From assembly GCA_000004695.1 (NCBI GenBank), contig CM000151.3, forward strand, positions 3,776,001 to 3,840,000: a stretch of 64,000 nt of DNA. The letters are read 5' to 3'. Of the stretch, positions 28,521-46,027 are shown one piece after another (within the stretch, counting starts at the first letter, position 1; every line of letters begins with the position of its first letter). Origin of the DNA: Dictyostelium discoideum. Taxonomy: Eukaryota. Under the pieces are notes generated by a model that saw nothing but the letters and a program-made list of their open reading frames with translations, ran no database searches and had not been told where the DNA came from. A program made the translations under genes and the position numbers.

Positions 28521-28594
28521 ATGTCAGAACCAGAATTAAAGGTAAGTTAAACTCTTTATTTTCATCAAATAACTATTAGATTATCTAATACAAT

Positions 28595-28636
<42 letters not shown>

Positions 28637-28942
28637 AATATCTTTTTTTTTTCTATTTTTATTTTTTTTTATTTTTATTTTTATTATTATTATTATTATT
28701 ACTATTATTAATTAAATTCTTTAGGTTTCAGTATCACAATTAGCACCAAGTGACAGAGAAGGTTGGTTAACAAAACAAGGTGGTTCAATTAGAACATGGA
28801 GAAGAAGATGGTTCGTTTTAAAAGGAAAAAAATTGTTTTATTTCAAGAGTAAAGGTGTAAGTTTTTTTTTTTTATTATTTTTTTTATAACACAACAAATT
28901 TAAAATGGATCACGATAAGAAATTTTTATTTGAATTTCCAAA

Positions 28943-28977
<35 letters not shown>

Positions 28978-28982
28978 AAAAC

Positions 28983-29024
<42 letters not shown>

Positions 29025-29526
29025 AAAACCAAAAAAAAAAAAAATCAAAAAACCAAAAAAAAAAAAAAAAAAAAAAAAACCAAAAAATGAAACTAATCGA
29101 AAATGTATATTATTATAGGATATTGAAGCAACAGGTTTAATTGAATTAGAACAAAATTCATTTGTAAAGGAAGAAAAAGATAAAGATAAGAAAAAGAAAT
29201 ACATGTTCACAGTTGGAACATCAAAGAGAGTATTTTACATATTTGCAGAGACTGAAACTGATATGAAACAATGGATGGAGTCAATTAAACGTAATTTAGA
29301 TGGCGAAGGTGGCATGAAGAGTGGAGGTAACGATATTGTTTCTTCACCAAAAATCAACAGCGAACCAACACCAAAAGTAAACCAAAATGGATCAGCACCT
29401 GAAAAATCATCATTATCATCACCAAGATCAAAGATATCAAATGCCAAATCAATCATTCCATTCTTAAGAGAAGTAAGTACTATATATATCATAATTTTTA
29501 AAGAGTTTCAAATCATTTAACCAATA

Positions 29527-29602
<76 letters not shown>

Positions 29603-30675
29603 GTTATTATTTTTATTATTAGGAGGAGAGTAAAGTACTTGAATTTTGGCAAATTTGGTCAGAATCAATTCCACCACAATCAGATTTACAAAGTGGAACA
29701 GCTATTGAATTCCATGTAGCAACATCAATAGATATGCAAAAGTTAACATGGAGAACTGCAGGTCCACAAAATATTTTCATTCAAAAGATGGTAGATTTCT
29801 TCTGGAATGTAGGTGCGCCAGAAAGTGAAATCGATAGATTAAATGATGTAGGTGCAATCATTAACCCTGTAAAGATTGGTTCTTGGATTGATATGTCTGA
29901 TAAAGGTGGTATGGATGGTGGTTGGTATTTCCCTGTTGATATTCCATTAAAATTAGCTATTGAAGCTTCTGATGCTGGCGAACCAACTCGTAAAGTAATT
30001 ATTGGTTTTTATAAGTCTTTTTAAAACTTTTTTTTTTTTTAAAAAAAAATATTAATATCCATATGTTTTTTTTTTTATAATAGTTATCAGAATGGGCAGA
30101 ATCAAATGAAGTTGTAAATTGTTATTCAATTGGTCGTGATATGGTAAATATTGATTTTTAAAAAAAATATATGTATTTATAAAAATAAAAAAAGTGCTAA
30201 TTGTTTTTAATTTTTTTTTTTTTTTTTAAAAAATAAGGGTGCTGCACCACCAAGACAAACTGAAACTAGATTTAAATTACCAGGTCCAGATTTTATAGCA
30301 CAATTAAATTTGGCAGTTGATGCATTCAAAACCTTTGAATTCCCACCAATTCCATCAAATGCATTGGAAATTTTATATCAAAGTTCAAATACTTTAGAGG
30401 CTGGTGGTTTATGTCTCAGTGTAATTACATCAAGTGAAGGTTTCGTTAGATTAGGTCTTTTAATTCCAAAACCAACTCGTGATGTTGTTGGTCAACTTTG
30501 TGAAATTGGTCAAGCTAACAGAGAAAGAATCTCCAAATTTGAAACAGCATTGGGTGGTTGTGGTCCAGCATTTGTTGAATTCCAATATTTACAAAAAGGT
30601 TTTGGTTATACAGTCTATAAGGAAGGTTTCGATATTGTTTTCCATTATATGGTTGGTGAGGATCAATCCGAATAA
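28521..30675 (+). CDS. PH domain-containing protein with a conserved C-terminal domain of unknown function; join(28521..28541,28725..28856,29119..29472,29623..29994,30084..30143,30238..30675).
   Basis: Exon 1 is MSEPELK|GTAAGT. Exons 2-3 hold the PH domain GWLTKQGGSIRTWRRRWFVLKGKKLFYF...KYMFTVGTSKRVFYIFAETETDMKQWMESIK. All junctions are phase 0 with GTAAGT/GTAATT/GTAAAT donors. Intron 3 contains (ATT)n. I cannot place the C-terminal 300 aa (EFWQIWSE...GGWYFPVDIPLKLAIE...FVEFQYLQKGFGYTVYKEGFDIVFHYMVGED) in a named family. Confidence 0.72.
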
Positions 30676-30837
30676 AGGTTTCATCTTTGTCAATTTTCCT
30701 TTTTGATGTTTACAATTATCCCTTTTTGACAAATATAAATATTCCCGCTTTCATCAATGTTTAATAGTAATCATCTCGATATTTCAAGATCTTTTCAAAA
30801 TTTTGGATTGATTTAAAAAAAAAAAAAAAAAAAAATG

Positions 30838-30871
<34 letters not shown>

Positions 30872-31702
30872 AAAATTAAATTATAAATAAAATAAATAAA
30901 TCTGTATTGTAATACGTTTTTTTAAAACCATTGTTTTATGGTTGTATTATTTGTTTATTTTTTATTTATTTCTTTTTTCGATCTTAAAAAAAAAAAAAAA
31001 ATCCAGATTTCATTTCTAAATAAAAAAAAAAAAAAAAAATTAATAAATTTCAGGAAATAAAATGATTGTTCGCAATGAGGATATTTAATAAAAATTCCCC
31101 ATCAATTTATTTGATGTTTAAAGAAAAATCTTTTAATAAATAAAATTTTTTTTTTTTTTTTATTTAATTTTATTTTATTTTATTTTGTATTTTTAGAAAA
31201 AGTGAAAGAGTTTTAACAATGCCGAGAAAATTTCAAATATCATTCGGTAAATTGTATCTTGTTAAATTAATAATAAAATTAAATTAATTTTAATTTTTTT
31301 TTTTTTTTTTATGAAAAACTAAAACAATGAGCAATAGTTTTTTTTTTTTTTTTTTTTAAAATAATAGAAAATTAAAACAATGCACAATAGTTTTTTTTTT
31401 TTTTTTTTTTTTTGATTGCCCATTAAAAGATTTTTTATTTTCAATATAAAAACAAGTAAAAAAAAAAAATTTTTTAAAAAAATCTATACCCAAAGGGTTT
31501 CTAAATGGTCATGATGATTTCAAAAAAAAAAAAAAAAAAAAAAGATATTTTCATTGATTTTTTTTTATTTTATTTTTATTTTTTTATTTTTTTTTTTAAT
31601 AATTATTTTTTTTTTTAAAAAAAAGTTTAAAAAAGTTTTTTTTTTTTTTTTTTATTCACTTTTCTAAAATCCAGAATTGGTAGATATATATATATAATAA
31701 AA

Positions 31703-32566
31703 ATGAATAAATTATTTTCATTAATTTTAGCTTTATTCCTTGTCAACTCCGCTGTTGTCTCTTCACTCGACTCATGTAGTATTTGTGTTGATTTTGTTGG
31801 TAACTCACTCAATGATCTTTTAAATATTATCCTTAGTAAGTAAATTATTATTTTTTTATTTTTTATTTTTTTGTTTTAAATATTTACCAATTTTATTTTT
31901 TTATTTTTTATTTTATAAAAAGACTCTGGTGTTATTGGTACCTGTGGTGATCTTTGCTCAGCTGTTCCAGGTGGTCAAATTGTTGATACCGTTTGCGACT
32001 TATTATGCGATTATGTTGGCGTTGATGAATTTATTAAACTCATTTCAGATGTTGACCCAGATCCAATTTACATTTGTGAAAAGATCAGTGTTTGCAAAAC
32101 CAACGATAACGCAGCTGCTTCATTAGATTTAGTTCAAATTAACCCACAAAACGGTACTGTCGGTGGAACATTCACCCTCTCAATTGCTTACACTGTTACC
32201 AACACCATCGCCACTGGTCAATTAGCTTTCAATATCATCGATCCAACCGGTAATGCTTTTGGTGATGCCGTTTTATTAGTTCAACAATCACCAGAACAAT
32301 ACACCCAACAATTCCAATTCCAAGCTACCCCATCAGAACAAGAATCATTCCCAAATGGTTTATACACTGTCCAAGCTCTCGTTTGTGAAGGTTCATGTGG
32401 TTCACCACATCCAAACACTTACACTCTTGCCAACGGTACCACCACTTTCACCATCTCTGGTGCTGATTCTTCATCAATGTCTGGTGCTGGTTCTTTCTCT
32501 GGTTCTTCCCAATCAACCCAAACTGGTGCCGCCTCTGGTTCAGGTTCAGGTTTTGCTTTATTTTAA
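31703..32566 (+). CDS. Secreted saposin-like protein, probably countin family (258 aa); join(31703..31835,31923..32566).
   Basis: Signal peptide MNKLFSLILALFLVNSAVVSS. Saposin-B-type cysteine pattern CSICVDFVGNSLNDLLNIIL.SGVIGTCGDLC...VCDLLCDYVGVDEFIKLISDVDPDPIYICEKISVC. GTAAGT donor at 31836 (phase 1). Acceptor AAAAAG at 31922. Ser/Gly-rich tail. Confidence 0.72.
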
Positions 32567-33243
32567 AAAAATACTTATTAAAATAAATATTTAATTTTAT
32601 AATTTTTTATTTAATTCTATAAATAACTTGGATTTTTTTATTTTTTATTTTTAAAATTAAAATTTTTTTTTTTAAAACCAATATTCCCTCTCGTTTTTTC
32701 AAAAATAAAAAAAAAAAAAAAATAAAAAAAATTAAACGATTTAGATCCCCAACTCTCTATATCTAAAAAATGTTTAAAAAATTAAAAAAAACTTATTCCA
32801 TAAAAAAAAAAAATTAAAAAGAAAATCATATTTTTACGAAATCTATAAAAACCGGATTTATAAATCTGTTTTTTTTTTAAACAACCAACCACCCAACTTG
32901 TTATTTAAAAACAAAATTAGTTATGTTTTGATTAAAACTAAATAAAAATAAATTTTTATGTTTTAATTTAAAAATTCTTTATGTATATTTTTATTAATTG
33001 TTTTTTTATTTTTTTTTTTTTTTTTTATTTTTTTATTTTAATTCCAAGAATTAAAGTCATGACCAACCAACAAATAATTTTTTCACAATTTGGAAAAATA
33101 AAAAAAAACAGAATGGTTACACTCATTTTTTTGAGTATTTTAGAGCTCTATTTATCTACTAATTCATATTAAAAATAAATAAAATTAGATAATTTTTTTA
33201 AAAAAAAAAATATTTAAATAAAATAATATTAAAATTTGTAAAA

Positions 33244-33281
<38 letters not shown>

Positions 33282-33415
33282 GCCAAATTTAAATTTTTTA
33301 TTTTTTATTTTTTTTTTAAAAAAAAGGAGGTCAAAGAAATAATATTTCATTCAAATAATATTTCATTCAAATAATATTTCATTCAAACAAAAAAAAGAAA
33401 AATTATTTACCGATT

Positions 33416-39112
<5,697 letters not shown>

Positions 39113-39182
39113 AAAACAAATATGTTTGCCCCTTTATAAGGGTATCTTTAAAAAAATGGATATTTTATCGGTTTTTATTTTA

Positions 39183-39868
39183 TTAATATAATGGCATACA
39201 TGGGCTTTCATAAAAACATATAACCTTTACAAAATTTTCAAATTGTGAGGCTGATTTTATAAACTCCTCACGAGACATTCCTTTTTGATAATCTGCAATA
39301 TGACGACACGACGTAATAAAGACTGCTTAGTCAATAGCGTCATTGATTGAATAACCTAAACCTTTACCACAACATACAACTATATTAACTAATTAATCTA
39401 CCTCTTCTCTTTCAAGATAACCACTTTTATCACTATCAAACAAATCAAAAAAGATTCCTAATTAATCTAAAGTTGGCGCTTTGGCCATTAAATATAATGC
39501 TGTTATAAACTCTTTTACATCAATTACTCCATTCTATTTTTTTTTTTTTTTTTTTTTAAACCAATTTTAACAATAATTAAAAATTAATATAAATTAATAT
39601 GTATTTTTAATTATTACACTAAATACTAAAAATTACTTACACCATCAGAATCAAATAATGTAAACATTCTAACCATCGAAGCTTCATCCCAATTACTAAA
39701 ACGAACCTTGAAGAATTTGATAAACTCCTCTTGTGAAAAACCAGATTTTTTATCAGATGCTGCTGCTACTTTAAAGTCTTTAATTAATTGTTCAATATCC
39801 TCTGGAGTATATTTGGTTTTTTTAATTATTTCTTCTTTCTCCTCTTTTGATAGTTTTGAATTTCCCAT
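39183..39868 (-). pseudogene. Pseudogene copy of the adjacent myristoylated NCS-like EF-hand gene. Exon 1 (39641..39868) is intact. Exon 2 (39183..39533) carries three in-frame TAA stops.
   Basis: Exon 1 MGNSKLSKEEKEEIIKKTKYTPEDIEQLIKDFKV...LFDSDG|GTAAGT is 85% identical to the paralog. Exon 2 aligns codon-for-codon with the paralog but has TAA at 39462-64, 39393-95 and 39327-29 (at paralog codons AAA, AAA, TTT), plus an in-frame 7-codon insertion. Confidence 0.65.
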
Positions 39869-40300
39869 GTTTTAAATGTATTGATTTTAAAAAAAAATAA
39901 AATTTTTTGAAAGTTTTAAATAACAACTTAGAAAGTTTTTTTTTGATTTGTTTTTTTTATTTTTTTTTTTCAAAAAAAACATTTAAAAAATATCTTTTCA
40001 GCAAAATTTTTTGGGTTCAGATTTTTTTTTTAATCATTTTCATTTAACTTTTTTTTTTTTTTTTTTTGGGCAACCCAAAAGTAGTTTTTAATAATTTCAT
40101 TTTGAATAATAAATGATAATAAAAAAATTATTATAAAAATAATCATAATAATAAATTTCTAAATAAATTATTATTGCATAATTTAGTTTTTTTTTTTTTT
40201 TTTTTTTTTTTTTTGAGACCATATATAAGAATATAATCTTTAACCCCATTTTTTTAATAATTAATAGTAAAATAATTTCATTTTTTTTATTATTTTTATT

Positions 40301-40995
40301 TTAATATAATAATTGTTTGCAAGGGTTGTCATAGAAACATATCATTCTAACGAACTTGTCTGATTGAGAAGCTGATTTTACAAATTCTTCACGAGAAATT
40401 TTTATGGAAGTGATAGAATAAACAAAATCAATTGCTTCACTTGTTGTGTAACCCATTGCACTGCTACATACAACTACAATATTAACTAATTTTTCAATTT
40501 CTCCAGCTTCAAGATAACCACTTTTATCACTATCGAATAAATCAAATAAAAATCCTAATTTATCTGTAGTTGGTGCTCTTGTCATCATATAAAGAGCTGT
40601 AATAAACTCTTTAACATCAATCACACCATTCTTTTTTTTTTTTTTTTTATTATTATTTTTTTTAAAATTAATAAGTTTTAAAATATATATATACATATTT
40701 TTAAATTAATAAGTTTTAAAAAACATATATTGGTTTAAATAATTTAATAATATTATAAATTACTTACACCATCAGAATCGAATAATTTGAACATTCTAAC
40801 CATTGATGCTTCATCCCATTCGTTGAAACGGATTCTGAAGAATTTGATAAATTCCTCTTGTGAAAAACCAGCTTTTTTGTCTGATGCAGCAGCAACTTTG
40901 AAATCTTTTGTTAATTGTTCAATATCACCAGAGGTATATTTGGTTTTTTTCATTATTTCATCCTTTTCTTCTTTGGATAGTTTTGAATTTCCCAT
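40301..40995 (-). CDS. N-myristoylated EF-hand calcium-binding protein, NCS/recoverin-like, 185 aa; join(40768..40995,40301..40630).
   Basis: MGNSKLSK myristoylation consensus. EF-hand loops DSDGNGVIDVKEF and DSDKSGYLEAGEI. GTAAGT donor at 40767 and acceptor (A)nAG at 40631, both phase 0. Confidence 0.85.
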
Positions 40996-41434
40996 TTTTG
41001 AATGTAATTATTTACAAAAAAAAGAAAAAAATAATGATAAATAATAATAAAAATTAATAATAAAAAAAAAAAAAATGATTTCTCTTTCCAAAAAAAAAAA
41101 AAATTCGATAAGTTGAAAAATCTAAAATATTCACCACTAAAAATAAAAAATTACAATTTTTTTTATTTGAAAATTTTTCTTCATAAAAAAAAAAAAATCG
41201 CTATCAATTTTAAAATTATTATAATTAAAAATTAATAAAAAAAGTGGAAAACTCAATAATTGACCATATTTTTTGAATCTTATAATTTAAAATTAAGAAA
41301 AAGGAAAGAAAAAAAAAAATATAAAAAAATATAAAAAAAAACCTCTTAACTGTGTGGATTGAGTTTGGTACAAAAATTAGGTTACAAACAATCCTTTTTT
41401 TTCATTATTATTGCGCCATACGTATTTATTAAAT

Positions 41435-42020
41435 TTATTCTTGAATAGCGATATCAGAGCATTGATAAAAATCTGGCTCTGGTTCTCCTGCATTATTACT
41501 TATATATCTAACTCTTAATACACAACTTTTGCAAGTTTGTGTTGGAAGGGTAACCTATTTTTAGATTTATTTTAATTAGTTAATTTGAAATGAAAAAAAA
41601 AAATAAAAATAAAAATAAAAATAAATATAATAGTAAACTTACTGAAACACTATAATTGGTTTGAGTAACCATATCCCAAGCATTGAAATCATCAATTGTT
41701 GGACTAAGTACAATATAGTCACCATTATCGCCATCGTATGAGAGTGAAACATCTAAATAACCAGGATTTGGTTTATACCAATGATTGTAATTTTGTTGGA
41801 AGAAAACTTGGATGGTAGATTCAGGGCTATATGATTTAACTGGTGCTCCAGTTGTTGTATTACCACAATTACTACTAACTCTATAACATGCGTTGTCACC
41901 TGGTTGAATTGGAACTCCCCAATTTGGTTCTCTTTGTGGTGGATCAAATAAACATAGATGTGCTAAAGCAAAACTATTTAACTGTAAAATTATAATAATA
42001 GCAACAATATATTTTATCAT
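41435..42020 (-). CDS. Secreted 165-aa protein with a mature N-terminal His, LPMO(AA10)-like; join(41643..42020,41435..41554).
   Basis: Signal peptide MIKYIVAIIIILQLNSFALA, with cleavage predicted before HLCLFDPPQREPNWGV (compare AA10 H-G-x-V-x-x-P-x-S-R). An internal His sits in NHWYKPNPGY. The C-terminal exon ends DFYQCSDIAIQE, resembling the AA10 FYxCxDV terminus. GTAAGT donor at 41642 and acceptor AAAAATAG at 41555 are both phase 0. The ORF-track start at 42161 lies in a poly-T run. Confidence 0.65.
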
Positions 42021-42301
42021 TTTGAACAAATAATAAATAAAAAATAAAATAACTTTTTTTTTTAGTTTTTTTTTTTTTTCAGAACACAACAGAAATTTAA
42101 AAAAAAAAAAAATAAAAAAAAAAAATGAAATGGTTTTGGAAAAATCATTCGAATGCATCATTCGAATAATATCAAAAAAAAAAAATCAAAAAAAATCAAA
42201 AAAAATCAAAAAACCACTGTTTGAAAAAAAACTAAAAAACTAAAAAAAAAAAAAAAACTTTTTTTTATCATAAAACCATATACAAAAAAAAAGTATATAG
42301 A

Positions 42302-42844
42302 ATGATTAAATATTCAATTTTATTAATTTTATTCATTGGTATCCAAAGCATTTTATCATCATACAATTGTTGTGTCCCAAGTCAATGGCAAGGTTCATCA
42401 TTGAGCTATGATGATTCTGGTAGAGAGTTCACAAAGAATTATTATTATGACGCAGATAAATTATTAGTTAGAATCGATATAATTTATTCAGATGGTAGTT
42501 TTAATCAAAGTACATACAGTAGTTATGCAAGTTTAACTCAAACAGGTACAGAATGGGTAATGAATAATTTGGATGGCACTTGTTACCAAACTGGACCAGA
42601 TTTTTGGAATGCTCAATGTTTTGGTGATAAATATGGTGTTCCATTCTCTAGTTCCACCAACAAAATCAATACTTTCTCTAACCCATCCAATGGAATCACT
42701 GTTATTACCGATATATATTGTTTACCAGTTTCAATTACCAATAAACTTGCAAACCTCCAATTTAAATTTTTCAACACTCAAGCTCATGTTTCTGATGAAT
42801 CTGTGTTTAGTGCCCCACCAGCTTGTAGCAGCAGCAATAATTAA
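42302..42844 (+). CDS. Ependymin-related secreted protein (EPDR-like), 180 aa, single exon. It is transcribed divergently from the LPMO-like gene.
   Basis: Signal peptide MIKYSILLILFIGIQSILS. The mature start CCVPSQWQGSSLSYDDSG matches ependymin C-x-A-P-x-x-W-E-G-R…LSYDG. The C-terminus FSAPPACSS matches ependymin VFTPPSTC. Confidence 0.65.
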   Translation: MIKYSILLILFIGIQSILSSYNCCVPSQWQGSSLSYDDSGREFTKNYYYDADKLLVRIDIIYSDGSFNQSTYSSYASLTQTGTEWVMNNLDGTCYQTGPDFWNAQCFGDKYGVPFSSSTNKINTFSNPSNGITVITDIYCLPVSITNKLANLQFKFFNTQAHVSDESVFSAPPACSSSNN

Positions 42845-43066
42845 TTAAAATTTATTAATAGCGTTCAAAATAGAAATAAAAAAAAACTGTTTTAAAAAGT
42901 GATAAAAAATAAAGAATTATTCCTTTTGGAATATTTTCTCAAACTACACTTTCTATTCATTAATGTTTTTGTTTTTTTTAACATCTTTAAAGGGAAATGA
43001 ATTATAAAAACTGAAATTATTTGGATTTGGAATAAAAAAACCTTCTATTTTAAAAATAATAATTTC

Positions 43067-43097
<31 letters not shown>

Positions 43098-43293
43098 GGT
43101 CGAATATAATTTGAAATTTGGTATATGGAAGTAAATGATATTTTTAATGACATAAGATAATTTTGTTATTAATTCTTTTAATTTTCTTTTAATTAAAAAA
43201 ATAAAAATATCGTGATATTTCCAGCAAAGCAAAACTTTTCGAAAAAAAAATATATAAATTTTTTTTTTAAAAAAAAATAGTAAACAGATTTAT

Positions 43294-43325
<32 letters not shown>

Positions 43326-43334
43326 AGAAAGAAT

Positions 43335-43590
43335 ATGAAAGAATTAAAATTATTATTTTTATTAATAATTGTTGTATTACAATATTGTATGGTAGATGGC
43401 GCAGTAATAAATTTTGTACCAGTTCTATCAGACTCAAGATAGTAGTGTTGAACAACCAAATTCATCTTCTGCATCATCCTCTTTAGAGGGCTTAAATTGT
43501 ACTGAACCATATCAATATCAATCAAAATGTTATGAAATTGCTTCCGAAGCTTATACTATAAGTTATTGTTATGATCCAAATTATAATTAA
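43335..43590 (+). pseudogene. Small secreted Cys-rich protein ORF interrupted by a +1 frameshift or stop (possible pseudogene or sequencing indel).
   Basis: MKELKLLFLLIIVVLQYCMVDGAVINFVPVLSDSR* in frame 0. It continues in frame +1 as QDSSVEQPNSSSASSSLEGLNCTEPYQYQSKCYEIASEAYTISYCYDPNYN*. No GT..AG pair of plausible length reconciles the two frames. Confidence 0.3.
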
Positions 43591-44040
43591 TTTTATAAAA
43601 AAAACTAATAAAAAATCCATAATTTTGATATCTAAAGTTTTAGGGATTTATTTATGTTTCAGTGAGTTATTAATATATCCCTTTTTTTTTTAAAATGAAT
43701 TTTAAAAACAATTTATAATAATTTCTTATTATTTTTATTGTAATTTACTAAAAATTATTTATTTATACAAAAAAAAAAAATAAATAAACTTGTTTTATTT
43801 TAAGTATTTATTGAATGAAATGATAATAAAAAACAATCAAAATAAATATTATAATATATTATTGACTAAATATATTAATATCTGAATAAATGTTATGAAT
43901 ATAAATAAAAAAAAAAAGGTAGTAAAAATACCTTTTAATAAAATCAAAATAAAACCAAAGTATAGAACAATAAAAAAAAAAAAGTAAATTAAAACTTTGA
44001 ACCTTTTGGGTCTTTTTTATTTAAATTTAAGAAAAAAAAA

Positions 44041-44076
<36 letters not shown>

Positions 44077-44080
44077 TTAA

Positions 44081-44235
<155 letters not shown>

Positions 44236-44319
44236 ATTTACTATTATGTTTTTTTTTTTTTTTTAAAACTTTTCAATTTCTAGTGATATCATATTTTTGT
44301 GTTTATTTTTTATTTTTCA

Positions 44320-44356
<37 letters not shown>

Positions 44357-44359
44357 TTA

Positions 44360-44734
44360 TTAAAATAAGGTTGCAGATTTAAACTGTTTACTAATTGAAA
44401 GTGTTGGTGGTGGTGAAATTGATAGTAAACCAAGCTCAGCGCCTTGTTGGAATAGATCGCTTTCGGTGAATGCTTGGTTCATAGTTATTGGATTATGAGT
44501 ACGTATTGGAGGTGTCAATGGTTCAGAGCCATTGAAGCAATTCAATGGTGAATAGCTATGAATAAAAAGTGGGATTTTCATGTCAAGTGTTCCATCGCTA
44601 TGATTTTCGGTAATAGTATCTATGGTTTGACTTAACAAAATATTATCATTACTATTACTTTCATCCACTTTGGTGTTAATGTTATTATTATTATCATTAT
44701 TATTTGAATTATTATTATTATTATTATTATTTGA

Positions 44735-44768
<34 letters not shown>

Positions 44769-45553
44769 ATGGTAGTGATGATTTCACTACCCTTTTCACT
44801 ACCACTGATAGCTCCTTGCCCATTATTATATGAAGGCGAAATGGAAACCCTACTTTCAAAGGTATCCAAAAAACTAATTGTTTGTGGTTGGGATGATGTT
44901 GGTGTTTGCGTTTCTAATTTACATTTTAAAATATTATTGACAATATTGTTTGGTGTTATATATTCGGTGTTTATATTTTCATTATCATCGATCTGTATCT
45001 CATTGTTTCGCAAATTTGAACAGGATTCGATATTTATCGCTATTTTACTATTGTTATTGTTAACAAGTGAGTTAATGTTATTTTTACTATTTACTTTACA
45101 TGTCATTATAGTTTTATTATTATTATTATTATTATTAACTTTACTATTATTATTTAAAAAACTAACCAATTTAGGTTTGGTTGGAGTTGGTCTAATGCTA
45201 ACAAGTTGTTGTGGAGAGCTTAATGATTGTCTTATTGGTGGTTGAAAATTGTAGTCATCATTTTTGTTGTTGTTATTATTATTGTTGTTGTTGTTATTAT
45301 TATTATTACTATCTACAGAATCATCGTATATATTAAAAGAATGTAAGATGATAGTTTGAATTTCATTTCCTGCTTCCTCAAATAAACTCTCTTCAACAAA
45401 TTTTGTACAGTTGGTTGATGTTGATCTAGAGTGAGAGGGTTTCCATGGTTTGGGTGCGACAATCTTCTCCAAGTTATTATAATCTATACTTATCCCATGG
45501 TCACCCATAAAGGTACGAGGAGAAAATGACCTGTTTGGCATTATTTTGTTCAT
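44360..45553 (-). CDS. Hypothetical Asn-rich protein.
   Basis: 397-codon ORF. The non-repetitive N-terminus is MNKIMPNRSFSPRTFMGDHGISIDYNNLEKIVAPKPWKP. No recognised domain. Further 3' exons cannot be excluded. Confidence 0.5.
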
Positions 45554-45622
45554 TCCTTTATATTTTTTTGTTTTTTCTTTATTATTTTACTTCTTTATTT
45601 TATCTTTTTTTTTTTGTATTTT

Positions 45623-45653
<31 letters not shown>

Positions 45654-45753
45654 CTTATAATCTTTTTTTTTTTTTTTTTTTTTTTATTTGTTTGTTTGTT
45701 TGTTTATTTACAAAGGTTGGGAGAGTATTTAAATATTTTCTCTTTTCTTTTTT

Positions 45754-45784
<31 letters not shown>

Positions 45785-45996
45785 TTAGTTCTTGTTTCTT
45801 TAAAGTCTGGTAACAATAACGGCGAGGAAAAAAAAAAAAATAAAAAAAATAAAAAAAGAAAATAAAAAAAATAATAAAAAAAAAAAAAAAAAAAAAAAAT
45901 AAAAATAAAAATAAAAAGTTGTTTTTGATGGCACTTACATTTAATTTTTTATTTATTTTATTTAAAAACTAATATATACAATTAAAACTAAAATAA

Positions 45997-46027
<31 letters not shown>

